Counted from the first letter of the stretch, positions 14,863 to 27,739 are shown. The stretch: DNA of 32,000 nt from Alkanindiges illinoisensis DSM 15370 (GCF_000619845.1 NZ_JHUX01000003.1:640064-672063); one strand, 5' to 3'. Program-made: numbers and translations. Notes: generated by a model not told the origin, from the sequence alone.

Positions 14863-15999
14863 TTAGAAGTTAAATTCCATGCCTACACCAGCATACATGC
14901 GGTCATCAACATTTTTACGGTCATCTGACTGCTGGGCAACATAACCATATGCACGGGTTTTGCTATTGAACATGTAATCAACCATGCCACCAATCTGGCT
15001 TAGCTTCACATCATCAATATTGCCGTTAAAGCTAGAGGTAGATTCTTGATATTGTGCTTTCACAGTCCAAGGTGTTTCGCTAATGTTATAAGCAGCGCTC
15101 ACCAGAAAAGAATTCTCTTTATCAAAATTCCTGAATGCACCTGCTGCCACAGCTGGAACTGCAGGCGTGGTTGGAGTTGCTGGAACAGCTGCAATTCCCG
15201 CAGCAGTAGCAGCACTGGACAGGTTGGTAGGCTCTGCATTTTGGTATAGGGCATTTAAGGTGAGTCCAGTTACATTAGCCATTGTACCTAAATCCAGGCT
15301 ACCCACAAGACGTATAATTTCAGCTTCTGCCTTGGCACCAACAACATTAAAAGTGCTCACGACGTTCTTATCACCAGCCAGTGCAGCATACACACCCATG
15401 TCTTTGTTGTCGTAGACTAAAGATGCGGAAATTGCATCGCCTAAACTGTCACTTATATCACTACTGTTGCTGCCAGCCAGCTTGTTATTCTCGCCCTGTT
15501 GCAGCATCACATTAATACCAAAACCGTTTAGGGCTTTAGTGTCACTTTCTAGAGAAATAACGTTGTTTAGGCGGTTTTCACCAGCTAGTGTATTGGTCAT
15601 ATCCAGAACATGGACATCATTAAATAAGTCAACTTTGCCTTGGGCATTTTTTAGGTGAGAGTCAATGCGTCCTACTTTAACAGTACCGATCATGTCATAT
15701 TTCAAACCCAAATAGCGGTTTCGCATTCCCAGATCAGTACCATCACCATCAGTGTTGACTTGCCATTCAGCCAAGTAAATTGCTTTTAAATTGTCGGTTA
15801 ACGTTTCTTCACCCTTAATGCCAATCCGTGAAGCGTTAGAATTGATTTCCCATACATTGTCAGTATCGGCTTTGGTAGTTGCACTAAACTTGTCTACGTT
15901 ATCAAGGGTAACGTGCAGTTTGCCATAAACTGTAGGGGCTGCCTGTACTGCGTTGATGGTCAGGGCAGATACCGCAGTCGCCAGTAACAGTTTTTTCAT
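14863..15999 (-). CDS. Outer-membrane general porin (Gram-negative porin family), paralogue 1
   Basis: Signal peptide MKKLLLATAVSALTINAVQA, then APTVYGKL. It has NRYLGLK and TLAGENRLNN blocks and a C-terminal GVGMEFNF ending in Phe. The start at 15999 is preferred (GGAGAG SD); the track start is 16044. Confidence 0.85.
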   Translation of the reverse strand: MKKLLLATAVSALTINAVQAAPTVYGKLHVTLDNVDKFSATTKADTDNVWEINSNASRIGIKGEETLTDNLKAIYLAEWQVNTDGDGTDLGMRNRYLGLKYDMIGTVKVGRIDSHLKNAQGKVDLFNDVHVLDMTNTLAGENRLNNVISLESDTKALNGFGINVMLQQGENNKLAGSNSSDISDSLGDAISASLVYDNKDMGVYAALAGDKNVVSTFNVVGAKAEAEIIRLVGSLDLGTMANVTGLTLNALYQNAEPTNLSSAATAAGIAAVPATPTTPAVPAVAAGAFRNFDKENSFLVSAAYNISETPWTVKAQYQESTSSFNGNIDDVKLSQIGGMVDYMFNSKTRAYGYVAQQSDDRKNVDDRMYAGVGMEFNF

Positions 16000-16608
16000 G
16001 TGTCTCTCCAAGATTCCAAGACCCTCAAGGTCAGTTTTGTACATTCATCATTTAGTTATAGGCTAATCAGGTTTTGGATTTACCAGCTTGGCCGTTGCTC
16101 GCTAGTATCGGGGGCAAATATTTCAAAATTGTTAAATATGACAGTACAAAAAAATAAATTATTAAAATTTTTAGCCTATGAAATTCATTATTTTGCGAAT
16201 AATGGAACAGATATTGCTTAAGTTTAGTAGTGATTTTTGCCTCAACGCTGAGCAAGAAACCAATTAAACGGCCAACGACGCCCGTTGTCATTCCTGATCT
16301 GTTTACTGGCGCGCTGGAGGTTGAGATGCTGATATTTCATGATAACAAAACCTAAATAATTAATTGTATTTAAAGGAATTTATTGGTAAAAATCTAAATG
16401 AATTTGTTGTGCTAACTTAAGTGACTAAAGCATTCTTTTGGGATAAGCCTCTAATTCTTTATTCAGTTTTTTAATAAGTAATGCAAAACTAATTGTTTTG
16501 TTACATTTTAAAGACAGTTCAATATACGTTTAACAATTCAGTGACTTAAGCGATTAATTCCGCTAGGCACATTTAAAACGTACTGCATCATGATTGGGGA
16601 TATTTGCA

Positions 16609-17739
16609 ATGAAAAAATTATTGTTGGCTGTATTAATCAGTGGCTTTGGATTAAATGCTGCCAGTGCAGCGCCCGCATTATATGGCAAGCTGGATCTGTC
16701 AGTTGACCGTTTCGACTATGACAGTAGTGCCACCACCAATAAGGATAACTGGAAAGTTGATTCCAATATTTCATTCTTTGGCATTAAGGGTGATGAGAAG
16801 CTAACCGATGATTTAAGCGTACTTTACCTGATTGAGTGGCAAATTAATGCGGATGGCGATGGCACTGATCTAGGGCAGCGTAATCGTTATCTGGGCTTAA
16901 AATCTGACAAGCTGGGTACGCTAAAAATTGGTAAGGTTGACAGCTATGTCAAGCGACTGGCTGGTGGTGTCGACCTGTTTGATAACTATGTGGCCAATGC
17001 AGTGGATATTACCAGTACATTGACTGGTGAAAACCGCCTGAACAATACCGTATCGTATGAAACCCCAAACTTTAATGTGCTGGGTGGCAACCTGCAATGG
17101 AACGCGCTGATATCTTCTGGTGAAGATAATACTGATGATGCCACAGTAAGCAATCCCGGTGAAACTTCTGGTAAAAGTCTGGCTGATGCGTGGTCTACCT
17201 CGCTGACCTATAAAAATGACAGTGGCGTGTCAGCAGGTCTGGGTTATGACAGTGGCGTTGGCAGCCGCTGGTTGGGTCTTTCTGGTTCACCCATTGCGAC
17301 TGCTAATATCGTGCGTGGAACTGGTGCAGTTAACCTGAAAGAAGTTGGCTTAACCTTAACTGCATTAGTGCAGCGTGCCACTGTAGACAATGCCAATACC
17401 ACCAGCGCTGCCACGGCGAGCGGTGCAACAGCCTTAACGACAGCAGCATCTGTTGCAGCATTAAATAATATTGATGATGAATTTGGCTACACGGTAGGAG
17501 CCAGCTACAAGATTCCAGGTTATGACAAGATATCTGTAAAGGCACAATATAACCATGCAACGACCAGCTTTAAGCAAATCACCAAAGACAATGATATTGA
17601 CCAGATCGCAGCTGGCGTTGACTATGCTTTTAATAGCAAAACCCGGGGTTATGGTTTTTTAGCCCAGAACACCAAAGATAACGGCACTGTTGATAACAAA
17701 ACCCGTTATGCCGGTGTTGGCCTGGAATACAAGTTTTAA
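16609..17739 (+). CDS. Outer-membrane general porin, paralogue 2
   Basis: MKKLLLAVLISGFGLNAASA, then APALYGKL. It has NRYLGLK and TLTGENRLNN blocks and a C-terminal GVGLEYKF. The start at 16609 is preferred; the track start is 16594. Confidence 0.85.
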   Translation: MKKLLLAVLISGFGLNAASAAPALYGKLDLSVDRFDYDSSATTNKDNWKVDSNISFFGIKGDEKLTDDLSVLYLIEWQINADGDGTDLGQRNRYLGLKSDKLGTLKIGKVDSYVKRLAGGVDLFDNYVANAVDITSTLTGENRLNNTVSYETPNFNVLGGNLQWNALISSGEDNTDDATVSNPGETSGKSLADAWSTSLTYKNDSGVSAGLGYDSGVGSRWLGLSGSPIATANIVRGTGAVNLKEVGLTLTALVQRATVDNANTTSAATASGATALTTAASVAALNNIDDEFGYTVGASYKIPGYDKISVKAQYNHATTSFKQITKDNDIDQIAAGVDYAFNSKTRGYGFLAQNTKDNGTVDNKTRYAGVGLEYKF

Positions 17740-17784
17740 GATTCAAGCGTCATTAAACCTGGCACGTAGTCTGACCAGATTGTG

Positions 17785-17817
17785 CTTAAGCCCGCCTTGT
17801 GCGGGTTTAAGTGTTTA
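17785..17817 (+). terminator. Hairpin terminator of porin 2
   Basis: CTTAAGCCCGC-CTTGT-GCGGGTTTAAG hairpin followed by TGTTTAAAA (a weak U-tract). Confidence 0.6.
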
Positions 17818-17939
17818 AAATGGGTCATTTTTAGGCACAACAAAATAAAAATAATGAAAACACAGGATGTGCTTTGCTTTATGAGGTGTGGGTGAAGTAA
17901 AATTGCGCCCCATCAGTAAACGCCATTTGTAGGCTGTAA

Positions 17940-20482
<2,543 letters not shown>

Positions 20483-20491
20483 TTTTGTAGG

Positions 20492-20520
20492 ATGCCCGAT
20501 AGTTATGCGGGCATTTTATT
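20492..20520 (+). terminator. Hairpin terminator after kdsA
   Basis: ATGCCCG-ATAGTTATG-CGGGCAT followed by TTTATT. Confidence 0.6.
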
Positions 20521-20549
20521 GGGGTATGACGCTGGTTTTTAAGAATAAA

Positions 20550-20650
20550 TTTTTAGAAATTCAGGTATTTGAATGCCTTATTTTTAGAAATCAGGTTTTG
20601 AAAAATCAAGTTTTGCAGCATCAGGCTTTTTCAAGCCAGGCTTTTAGAAT
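20550..20650 (+). repeat. Degenerate direct repeats (about 15 bp period) in the kdsA-eno intergenic region
   Basis: TTTTTAGAAAT(T)CAGGT(A/T)TTTGAA occurs twice (20550 and 20581). Further CARG-YTTTT units are centred near 20607, 20622 and 20636. Confidence 0.6.
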
Positions 20651-20663
20651 AGATATCTGTTAA

Positions 20664-21968
<1,305 letters not shown>

Positions 21969-22092
21969 AAACTGGGCTTGAGGCGCTGGCCTAATAGACT
22001 GGCTAAGTATCAGTTTTGATCTTGGCCAGTCATGAGCAGGGAAGTCTGACTTTGATGTTAGGCTTTCTTATTTAGTAAATCAGGTAAGTTTT

Positions 22093-22497
22093 ATGCTTTC
22101 TACGCTCAGCGGTCGCATTGTGTTTGTTGTTGCCATATTACTGCTGGCCTTTCTGCAGTATAAATTGTGGTGGGGCGAAAGCGGCTATTATGACCGTCAG
22201 GCGCTTAAGGAGCGTATTGCGTCTTATCAGGTTGAAAACAACAAGCTGGCCGAGCGTAACCGGATTTTAAGTGCAGAGGTTTACGATCTAAAAAGTGGTC
22301 TGGAAGCTGTTGAAGAACATGCGCGTCTGGATCTGGGATTAATTAAGCCGCGTGAAACTTTTGTGCAACTAAGCACTATTGATGTCTCCGATTATAAAAA
22401 ACAAGTTGAAGTTACCGGAGATGACCTGATTACCAATGAAACTGACAAATGTGATAATGCCAGCACAATACTGGGCTATTTTACCTGCGGCCGGTAG
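22093..22497 (+). CDS. ftsB: Cell division protein FtsB (septum formation initiator), with a long C-terminal tail
   Basis: N-terminal TM IVFVVAILLLAFLQYKLWWG and a coiled coil, ending in LGLIKPRETFVQL. Conserved position between eno and ispD. The tail overlaps ispD. Confidence 0.8.
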   Translation: MLSTLSGRIVFVVAILLLAFLQYKLWWGESGYYDRQALKERIASYQVENNKLAERNRILSAEVYDLKSGLEAVEEHARLDLGLIKPRETFVQLSTIDVSDYKKQVEVTGDDLITNETDKCDNASTILGYFTCGR

Positions 22498-23161
22498 TGG
22501 TAGCCGTTTTGCATCAAGTATTCCCAAACAATACTTAACCCTGATCAATAAAACGGTCATACAACATAGCGTAGACCGCATTTGCCAGTTACCTCTTCAA
22601 GGCTGTGTGCTGGCGATCAGCGCCCATGATCAGACAGCCAAAACCCTGACTTTTGCAAAGCCTGCATTGCTGCATTGGGTAACAGGTGGGGCGGAGCGCA
22701 TGGATTCAGTACTGGCTGCCATGCAGTACTTGCAACAGTTTGCCACTGCGCAGGACTGGGTACTGGTACATGATGTTGCCCGGCCTTGTATTTTGGCAAA
22801 TGATTTACAGCATTTGCTGGATGAACTAAAAGAAGATGCCGTGGGTGGCCTACTGGCCGTTCCAGTTCGGGATACCTTAAAGCGTGGCAATGCAGGGCAA
22901 GTGGTTGAAACGGTGCCACGCGATCATCTTTGGCAATGCCAGACGCCACAAATGTTCCGTTTTGGTCTATTGCTGGACGCATTACAGCAAGCCAAAACCC
23001 AGCAGCAACTGGTTACTGATGAAGCTGGTGCTATTGAACAGTTTGGCTTGCCAGTAAAGCTAGTAAACGGCAGTAGTACCAATATTAAAATTACCTATCC
23101 TGAAGATTTAGGGCTGGCCGCTGCCATTTTAAAAGCACAAACAGAAGAAAATCTAATTTAG
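22457..23161 (+). CDS. ispD: 2-C-methyl-D-erythritol 4-phosphate cytidylyltransferase
   Basis: AILPAAGSGSRF...PKQYL N-terminal motif. ATG 22457 is preferred by comparison with the E. coli IspD N-terminus; the track start is 22436. Confidence 0.9.
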   Translation: MPAQYWAILPAAGSGSRFASSIPKQYLTLINKTVIQHSVDRICQLPLQGCVLAISAHDQTAKTLTFAKPALLHWVTGGAERMDSVLAAMQYLQQFATAQDWVLVHDVARPCILANDLQHLLDELKEDAVGGLLAVPVRDTLKRGNAGQVVETVPRDHLWQCQTPQMFRFGLLLDALQQAKTQQQLVTDEAGAIEQFGLPVKLVNGSSTNIKITYPEDLGLAAAILKAQTEENLI

Positions 23162-23187
23162 TCTTTAAAAATGCTGATCATAAAAGT

Positions 23188-23847
23188 CTATTTTTGCAGT
23201 TCATAAACACCACTAAATCGCAGATTCTTGTTACCGCAAAGCGGCGAGGCTTGCCATACCCGCCATTTTTCCTTGTGCTGGCGTAGTTTCAGAATACAGC
23301 CACTATCCAGATCCTTAACCGTTATTTTTTTTGCCTGATTGGCATAGCCGCTAAAATCGGTAGTCTGGCTGTGCTTTTGGTCACTACCACTCCAGAAGGT
23401 TTGCGCCAGCACCCGGATTCTTTTTTCATCCAGCGTTTGTAGTTGCAACAAGGCAAGGTTGGGATCAGGCCGCTTGTCTTTCATACGAATAAAATAACGC
23501 ACAAATTCCTGATCTGTGGTATTCAGGTTTTTTATTTCCAGCAAACGCTTCTGATAGGCTTGTTCAATGCAGGCCGTATTTTTGCATTGATTGCGTGCTT
23601 TACTCCAGCTTTGCTGGGTCAACTCCAGCATTTGGGCAGGTATTTTGGTTTCATGGGTAGCCTGTTCCAGTTCAGCAAAAAGTTTGTTGTCCAGTTCAGT
23701 CAGTTTGGGATTACTACAGGTGGTTTTTTCCACAAAGTTACCGGGATTTTCGCAATCAAGAGGCAGAATTTGCGCAAAGGCCAGTGGTAAAAAAGCGATA
23801 TTAATAAAGCTACCCGCTATCCAGCGCCTGCAATTAAAAACAGCCAT
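23188..23847 (-). CDS. LprI-like (DUF1311) secreted protein
   Basis: Signal-like N-terminus from M24 (MAVFNCRRWIAGSFINIAFLPLAFA). It shows the Cys...LDNKLFAELEQ...QQSWSKARNQC pattern of the lysozyme-inhibitor LprI family. Confidence 0.6.
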   Translation of the reverse strand: MAVFNCRRWIAGSFINIAFLPLAFAQILPLDCENPGNFVEKTTCSNPKLTELDNKLFAELEQATHETKIPAQMLELTQQSWSKARNQCKNTACIEQAYQKRLLEIKNLNTTDQEFVRYFIRMKDKRPDPNLALLQLQTLDEKRIRVLAQTFWSGSDQKHSQTTDFSGYANQAKKITVKDLDSGCILKLRQHKEKWRVWQASPLCGNKNLRFSGVYELQK

Positions 23848-24007
23848 ATGACCTATAACATCCTGCCAGTTTAGTTTGAAAAATTTAGCACAGCCACTTC
23901 CCGGATTGCAAAGCACAAACTGTTAGAAAATAGCCAAACTCTTAAGCCATCGCGTATGATGCCTGCAAGTTTTGTTATTCTGTTATTTTTTTGGGATTAA
24001 ATATCAA

Positions 24008-24490
24008 ATGCTGGATATTCGAATTGGGCAGGGGATAGACGTTCATGCGTTTGAGGACGGTAGTTTTGTCACGCTGGCCGGTGTCAAAATTGCGCATACG
24101 CATGGCTTAAAAGCACATTCTGATGGGGATGTAGTGTTACACTCATTGGCAGATGCATTGCTGGGTGCACTGGCACTTGGGGATATTGGTCAGCATTTCC
24201 CGGATACTGATGAAAACTATAAAGGGGCTGATAGCCGGGTGCTGCTACGCCATATTTATGATTTAATCAAAAAACAAGGTTTTGAGCTGATTAATGCCGA
24301 TATTACCGTGGCATGCGAGCGTCCCAAGTTGGCACCGCATAATCTGGCTATGCGTTCTACCATTGCAGCGGATCTGGAAACAACGCTGGACCGGATTAGT
24401 GTAAAAGCCACCACCACGGAACAGCTTGGTTTTACCGGACGTAAGGAGGGTATTCTGGCCAGTGCGGTTGTATTGCTGGGGCGAAGATAG
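24008..24490 (+). CDS. ispF: 2-C-methyl-D-erythritol 2,4-cyclodiphosphate synthase
   Basis: [30 protein letters not shown] and [10 protein letters not shown] motifs. ATG 24008 is preferred; the track start is 23972. Confidence 0.93.
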   Translation: MLDIRIGQGIDVHAFEDGSFVTLAGVKIAHTHGLKAHSDGDVVLHSLADALLGALALGDIGQHFPDTDENYKGADSRVLLRHIYDLIKKQGFELINADITVACERPKLAPHNLAMRSTIAADLETTLDRISVKATTTEQLGFTGRKEGILASAVVLLGRR

Positions 24491-24650
24491 TTTTGCTCTG
24501 GTCTCTAGGGAGCTGGTATGTTATTTCAGTGAATGTCTAAGGCTTTATCTTTTTTTAAGATAAGTAAATCAAAAATTATGAAAATTCTTTTATCTTAAAA
24601 ATAGATATTATATCCACCTTAATAGCATTAATGATGAAAAGTGATTGGTT

Positions 24651-25547
24651 ATGCCTGATATTTTCCAGTTTATCTTGGCCGGCATCGTAGTAGGTTTTTG
24701 CGTTGGGGTCACAGGCGTAGGTGGCGGCTCATTGATGACGCCTATCCTGATTGGCCTGTTTAAAATAGAGCCACATATTGCCATTGGTACAGATCTACTG
24801 TACGCCGCAATTTCCAAGTTTTGTGGGTCGATGGTTCACGCCAAAAAACTGAATATTGTATGGCCGATTGTAGGCTGGCTGGCACTGGGCAGTATTCCGG
24901 CATCATTGGGAACCAGTTGGGTACTGGAACATATCCTGAGCGGTTCAAATCAGTACAAGGCCATATTAACAATGGTATTGGGCTTTATGCTTACCCTCAC
25001 TGGCATATCCATTGTCTTTCGTCACCGGATTGAAGCGTTTTTCAAGCGCCATTCCAAAAGTACAGCCAGCGCTGTTGAGCTTAGCCGTGAGCAAATTGCC
25101 CAACTGGTTAGCCGTAAAAAGCTGCAGGTTATTATCATGGGGATGGTGCTGGGTGTGTTTGTCACCTTGTCGTCAGTTGGGGCAGGTGCGTTTGGGGTTA
25201 TGGCGCTGATCCTGATGTTTGCCAATTTGCCCATGATCCGCATTATTGGCTCAGATGTGGTGCATGCCGTAGCGCTCACGCTGGTGGCCGGACTTAGCCA
25301 CATGAGTGCCGGAAATGTAGATTTTCATTTGCTGGGCTGGCTGCTGGTGGGTTCCATTCCGGCAATTATTGTTGGCACATTAGTGAGCTCGCGTATGCCG
25401 GAGCACCTGATTCGCCGCGTTCTGGGGATTACTTTATTGCTGCTGGGTATTAATTTTATGATTAATCCGGTCAAGGCCAAGCCTGCTGCACCGAAGCCAC
25501 AGCAACACGCCCAACTGATCGTATCAACCAGTAATGTTAAAGCTTAA
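24651..25547 (+). CDS. TSUP (TauE/SafE, DUF81) family anion exporter/permease
   Basis: Multi-TM protein with GVTGVGGGSLMTPIL near the N-terminus and a repeated half-structure. Confidence 0.8.
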   Translation: MPDIFQFILAGIVVGFCVGVTGVGGGSLMTPILIGLFKIEPHIAIGTDLLYAAISKFCGSMVHAKKLNIVWPIVGWLALGSIPASLGTSWVLEHILSGSNQYKAILTMVLGFMLTLTGISIVFRHRIEAFFKRHSKSTASAVELSREQIAQLVSRKKLQVIIMGMVLGVFVTLSSVGAGAFGVMALILMFANLPMIRIIGSDVVHAVALTLVAGLSHMSAGNVDFHLLGWLLVGSIPAIIVGTLVSSRMPEHLIRRVLGITLLLLGINFMINPVKAKPAAPKPQQHAQLIVSTSNVKA

Positions 25548-25697
25548 TTGGTCTGCTTCCATCGCTTAAACTGTTAATTAACCGATGGGCTTTATTGATA
25601 ACTGCAATGAATTTTTTTAAAGATTTACTTGCAGTTATTGATTACAGGCCCCATCCTATAAGCCTTAAATTGATTTAATGTCTGTGGTGAGCGTGTT

Positions 25698-26801
25698 GTG
25701 AACGCAATGAATAATATGGTTAATAATTCAGGTTCCGGTGAACAGGTCGAGAATATCAATATTGCGGCGATTCAGCCGTTGATTACTCCTGCACAGTTAA
25801 AGGCAGAACTGCCGTTAAGTGATACTGCAAAATCAGTCGTCTTACAAGGCCGCCAGACCATTCGTAATATTCTGGATGGCAAGGACAATCGCCTGTTTGT
25901 GGTCATTGGTCCATGCTCAATCCACGATCCGGTGGCTGCACATGACTATGCAGATCGCCTAAAAGCCTTGAGCGAAAAAGTAAAAGACACCTTATATATT
26001 GTGATGCGGGTTTATTTTGAAAAGCCGCGTACTACTGTGGGCTGGAAAGGGTTGATTAACGACCCTGATATGAATGATTCCTTTGATATTGAAAAAGGCT
26101 TACGCATTGGTCGCAAGCTGCTGCTGGAACTCAATGAAAAAGGGTTGCCTTGTGCCACTGAAGCGCTTGATCCCAACTCGCCACAGTACCTGCAAGACCT
26201 GATTAGCTGGTCAGCGATTGGTGCGCGTACTACCGAAAGCCAGACGCACCGTGAAATGTCGTCAGGTTTGTCTTCTCCGGTTGGCTTTAAAAACGGTACT
26301 GATGGTGGCTTAACCGTAGCCATTAATGCCATGCAAGCGGTGCAATCCGGGCACAGTTTTCTGGGCCTAAATGAAGATGGTCAGGTTGCAGTGATTCGTA
26401 CTAACGGCAATCCATACGGCCATGTGGTATTGCGTGGTGGTAACGGCAAGCCGAATTATGATGCAACTGCCGTCACCCAGACTGAGGCGGCTTTAACCAA
26501 AGCCAAGGTGAGCGGCAAGATCATGATTGATGCCAGCCATGCCAACAGCAACAAAGACCCATTCCTGCAACCATTGGTACTGGAAAATGTGACCCAGCAA
26601 ATTGTTGATGGGAATCAGTCGATTGTTGGTTTGATGGTCGAAAGTCATATCAAGGGTGGTCGTCAGGATATTCCGGCTGATTTAAGCCAGCTTGAATATG
26701 GTAAGTCTGTTACTGATGGCTGCATTGACTGGCAAACCACCGAAGACACCTTGCTGAAAATGCATGAAGCCTTAAAGGATGTGCTGCCGAAACGCGGCTA
26801 A
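25698..26801 (+). CDS. aroG: 3-deoxy-7-phosphoheptulonate (DAHP) synthase, class I; isozyme not determinable
   Basis: VVIGPCSIHDPVAA, RVYFEKPRTTVGWKGLINDP, IGARTTESQTHRE and GFKNGTDG are collinear with E. coli AroG. The start is ambiguous (GTG 25698 with a GGTGAG SD, or ATG 25707). Confidence 0.9.
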   Translation: MNAMNNMVNNSGSGEQVENINIAAIQPLITPAQLKAELPLSDTAKSVVLQGRQTIRNILDGKDNRLFVVIGPCSIHDPVAAHDYADRLKALSEKVKDTLYIVMRVYFEKPRTTVGWKGLINDPDMNDSFDIEKGLRIGRKLLLELNEKGLPCATEALDPNSPQYLQDLISWSAIGARTTESQTHREMSSGLSSPVGFKNGTDGGLTVAINAMQAVQSGHSFLGLNEDGQVAVIRTNGNPYGHVVLRGGNGKPNYDATAVTQTEAALTKAKVSGKIMIDASHANSNKDPFLQPLVLENVTQQIVDGNQSIVGLMVESHIKGGRQDIPADLSQLEYGKSVTDGCIDWQTTEDTLLKMHEALKDVLPKRG

Positions 26802-26822
26802 TTCTAAAATAGTAATATCAAA

Positions 26823-26858
26823 AGCCCACCGGATTGAAAATGAAGGTGGGTTTTTTTG
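26823..26858 (+). terminator. Rho-independent terminator after the DAHP synthase gene
   Basis: AGCCCACC...GGTGGGT hairpin followed by a T-run. Confidence 0.7.
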
Positions 26859-26963
26859 ATTTTTAGGAAAAATTAATCTTGTGTAACTGAGCTTATCACA
26901 GGCCTTTTTAACTCAAAATATTCATGCTATCATTGATAGCATATGAGGATTAGGGAGATGCTA

Positions 26964-27221
26964 ATGAGCAGTTTACTGGTGCGTAATCTGGATGATGATA
27001 TTATTGCCCAGTTTAAAGCCTTGGCAATGCAAAGGGGCCTGAGCGTTGAAGCCTTTCACCGGCAAACCATCATTAATCTGGTAGAAAATAAAGCAGAATT
27101 ACAACCGCGTAATTTAAATGAAGTGTTGTTAAAGTTACCAAAGCTGGAACAGATGGATGAGGTGCAGGCTATTTTTGAACGGGACAGCAGCGTTGGCCGT
27201 GATGTTGAGTTAGGAGATTAG
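26964..27221 (+). CDS. vapB: Type II antitoxin, FitA/VapB-type ribbon-helix-helix
   Basis: MSSLLVRNLDDDIIAQFKALAMQRGLSVEAFHRQ. GGGAGA SD before ATG 26964. It lies 8 nt upstream of the PIN toxin gene. Confidence 0.8.
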   Translation: MSSLLVRNLDDDIIAQFKALAMQRGLSVEAFHRQTIINLVENKAELQPRNLNEVLLKLPKLEQMDEVQAIFERDSSVGRDVELGD

Positions 27222-27229
27222 AATTTACG

Positions 27230-27646
27230 ATGTATCTTTATGACACTAATATCGTCAGTGAATTAACTAGGAAAAATCCGGATGTAGGTGTCATGACTTG
27301 GATACAAGCAGCGCAAAATAATAATGATGCTTGTTATTTAAGTGTCATTACGCTTGGAGAAATTCAGCAGGGTATTGCAAAACTGCAACGGCGTAATGAT
27401 CACATCCAGGCGGCACGTTTTCAGCGATGGTATGAGCAGGATTTAATGAGCTTGGCGCAATATACACTGGATTTTGATAGAAATTGTGCGGAGGTATGGG
27501 GGCGATTAATGGCGCTTAATCCACATCATCCAGTTGATAACCAGATTGCTGCGACTGCGCTTATTTATGATTTGACGCTTGTTACCCGTAATATTAAAGA
27601 TATTGAGAGAACGGGCGTTAAGTTTATTAATCCATTTTTGCTATAA
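27230..27646 (+). CDS. vapC: Type II toxin, PIN-domain ribonuclease VapC/FitB
   Basis: N-terminal YLYDTNIVSE (first PIN acidic residue) and C-terminal LVTRNIKDI. 138 aa, paired with the RHH antitoxin. Confidence 0.85.
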   Translation: MYLYDTNIVSELTRKNPDVGVMTWIQAAQNNNDACYLSVITLGEIQQGIAKLQRRNDHIQAARFQRWYEQDLMSLAQYTLDFDRNCAEVWGRLMALNPHHPVDNQIAATALIYDLTLVTRNIKDIERTGVKFINPFLL

Positions 27647-27702
27647 AAAGTTAAGACTATAAACAGGCTCTAAGCTTTGATATTTCAAAATTTTTAATCG
27701 AT

Positions 27703-27739
27703 AAAAAACCCCGCTACTCATTGAGTATCAGGGCTTTTT
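27703..27739. terminator. Imperfect bidirectional hairpin between convergent vapC and thiolase genes
   Basis: A-run, then the CCCCGCTACTCATTGAGTATCAGGG imperfect palindrome, then a T-run. Confidence 0.5.

Noticed and set aside
16000-16593. ORFs of 73-74 aa, and a slightly GC-richer patch (about 16240-16330), in the porin-porin intergenic region
   Set aside because: No SD, AT-rich low-complexity products and no recognisable motif. The GC-richer patch has open frames of only 30-40 codons with no start. It may be an old remnant, but this cannot be supported from sequence alone.
21998-22030. 10-bp-stem hairpin (ACTGGCTAAG...CTTGGCCAGT) after eno, as a terminator or REP-like element
   Set aside because: It has a 13-nt loop, one mismatch and no T-run, and there is no second copy in the window to suggest a repeat family. 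It may attenuate eno-ftsB read-through, but that is not supportable here.
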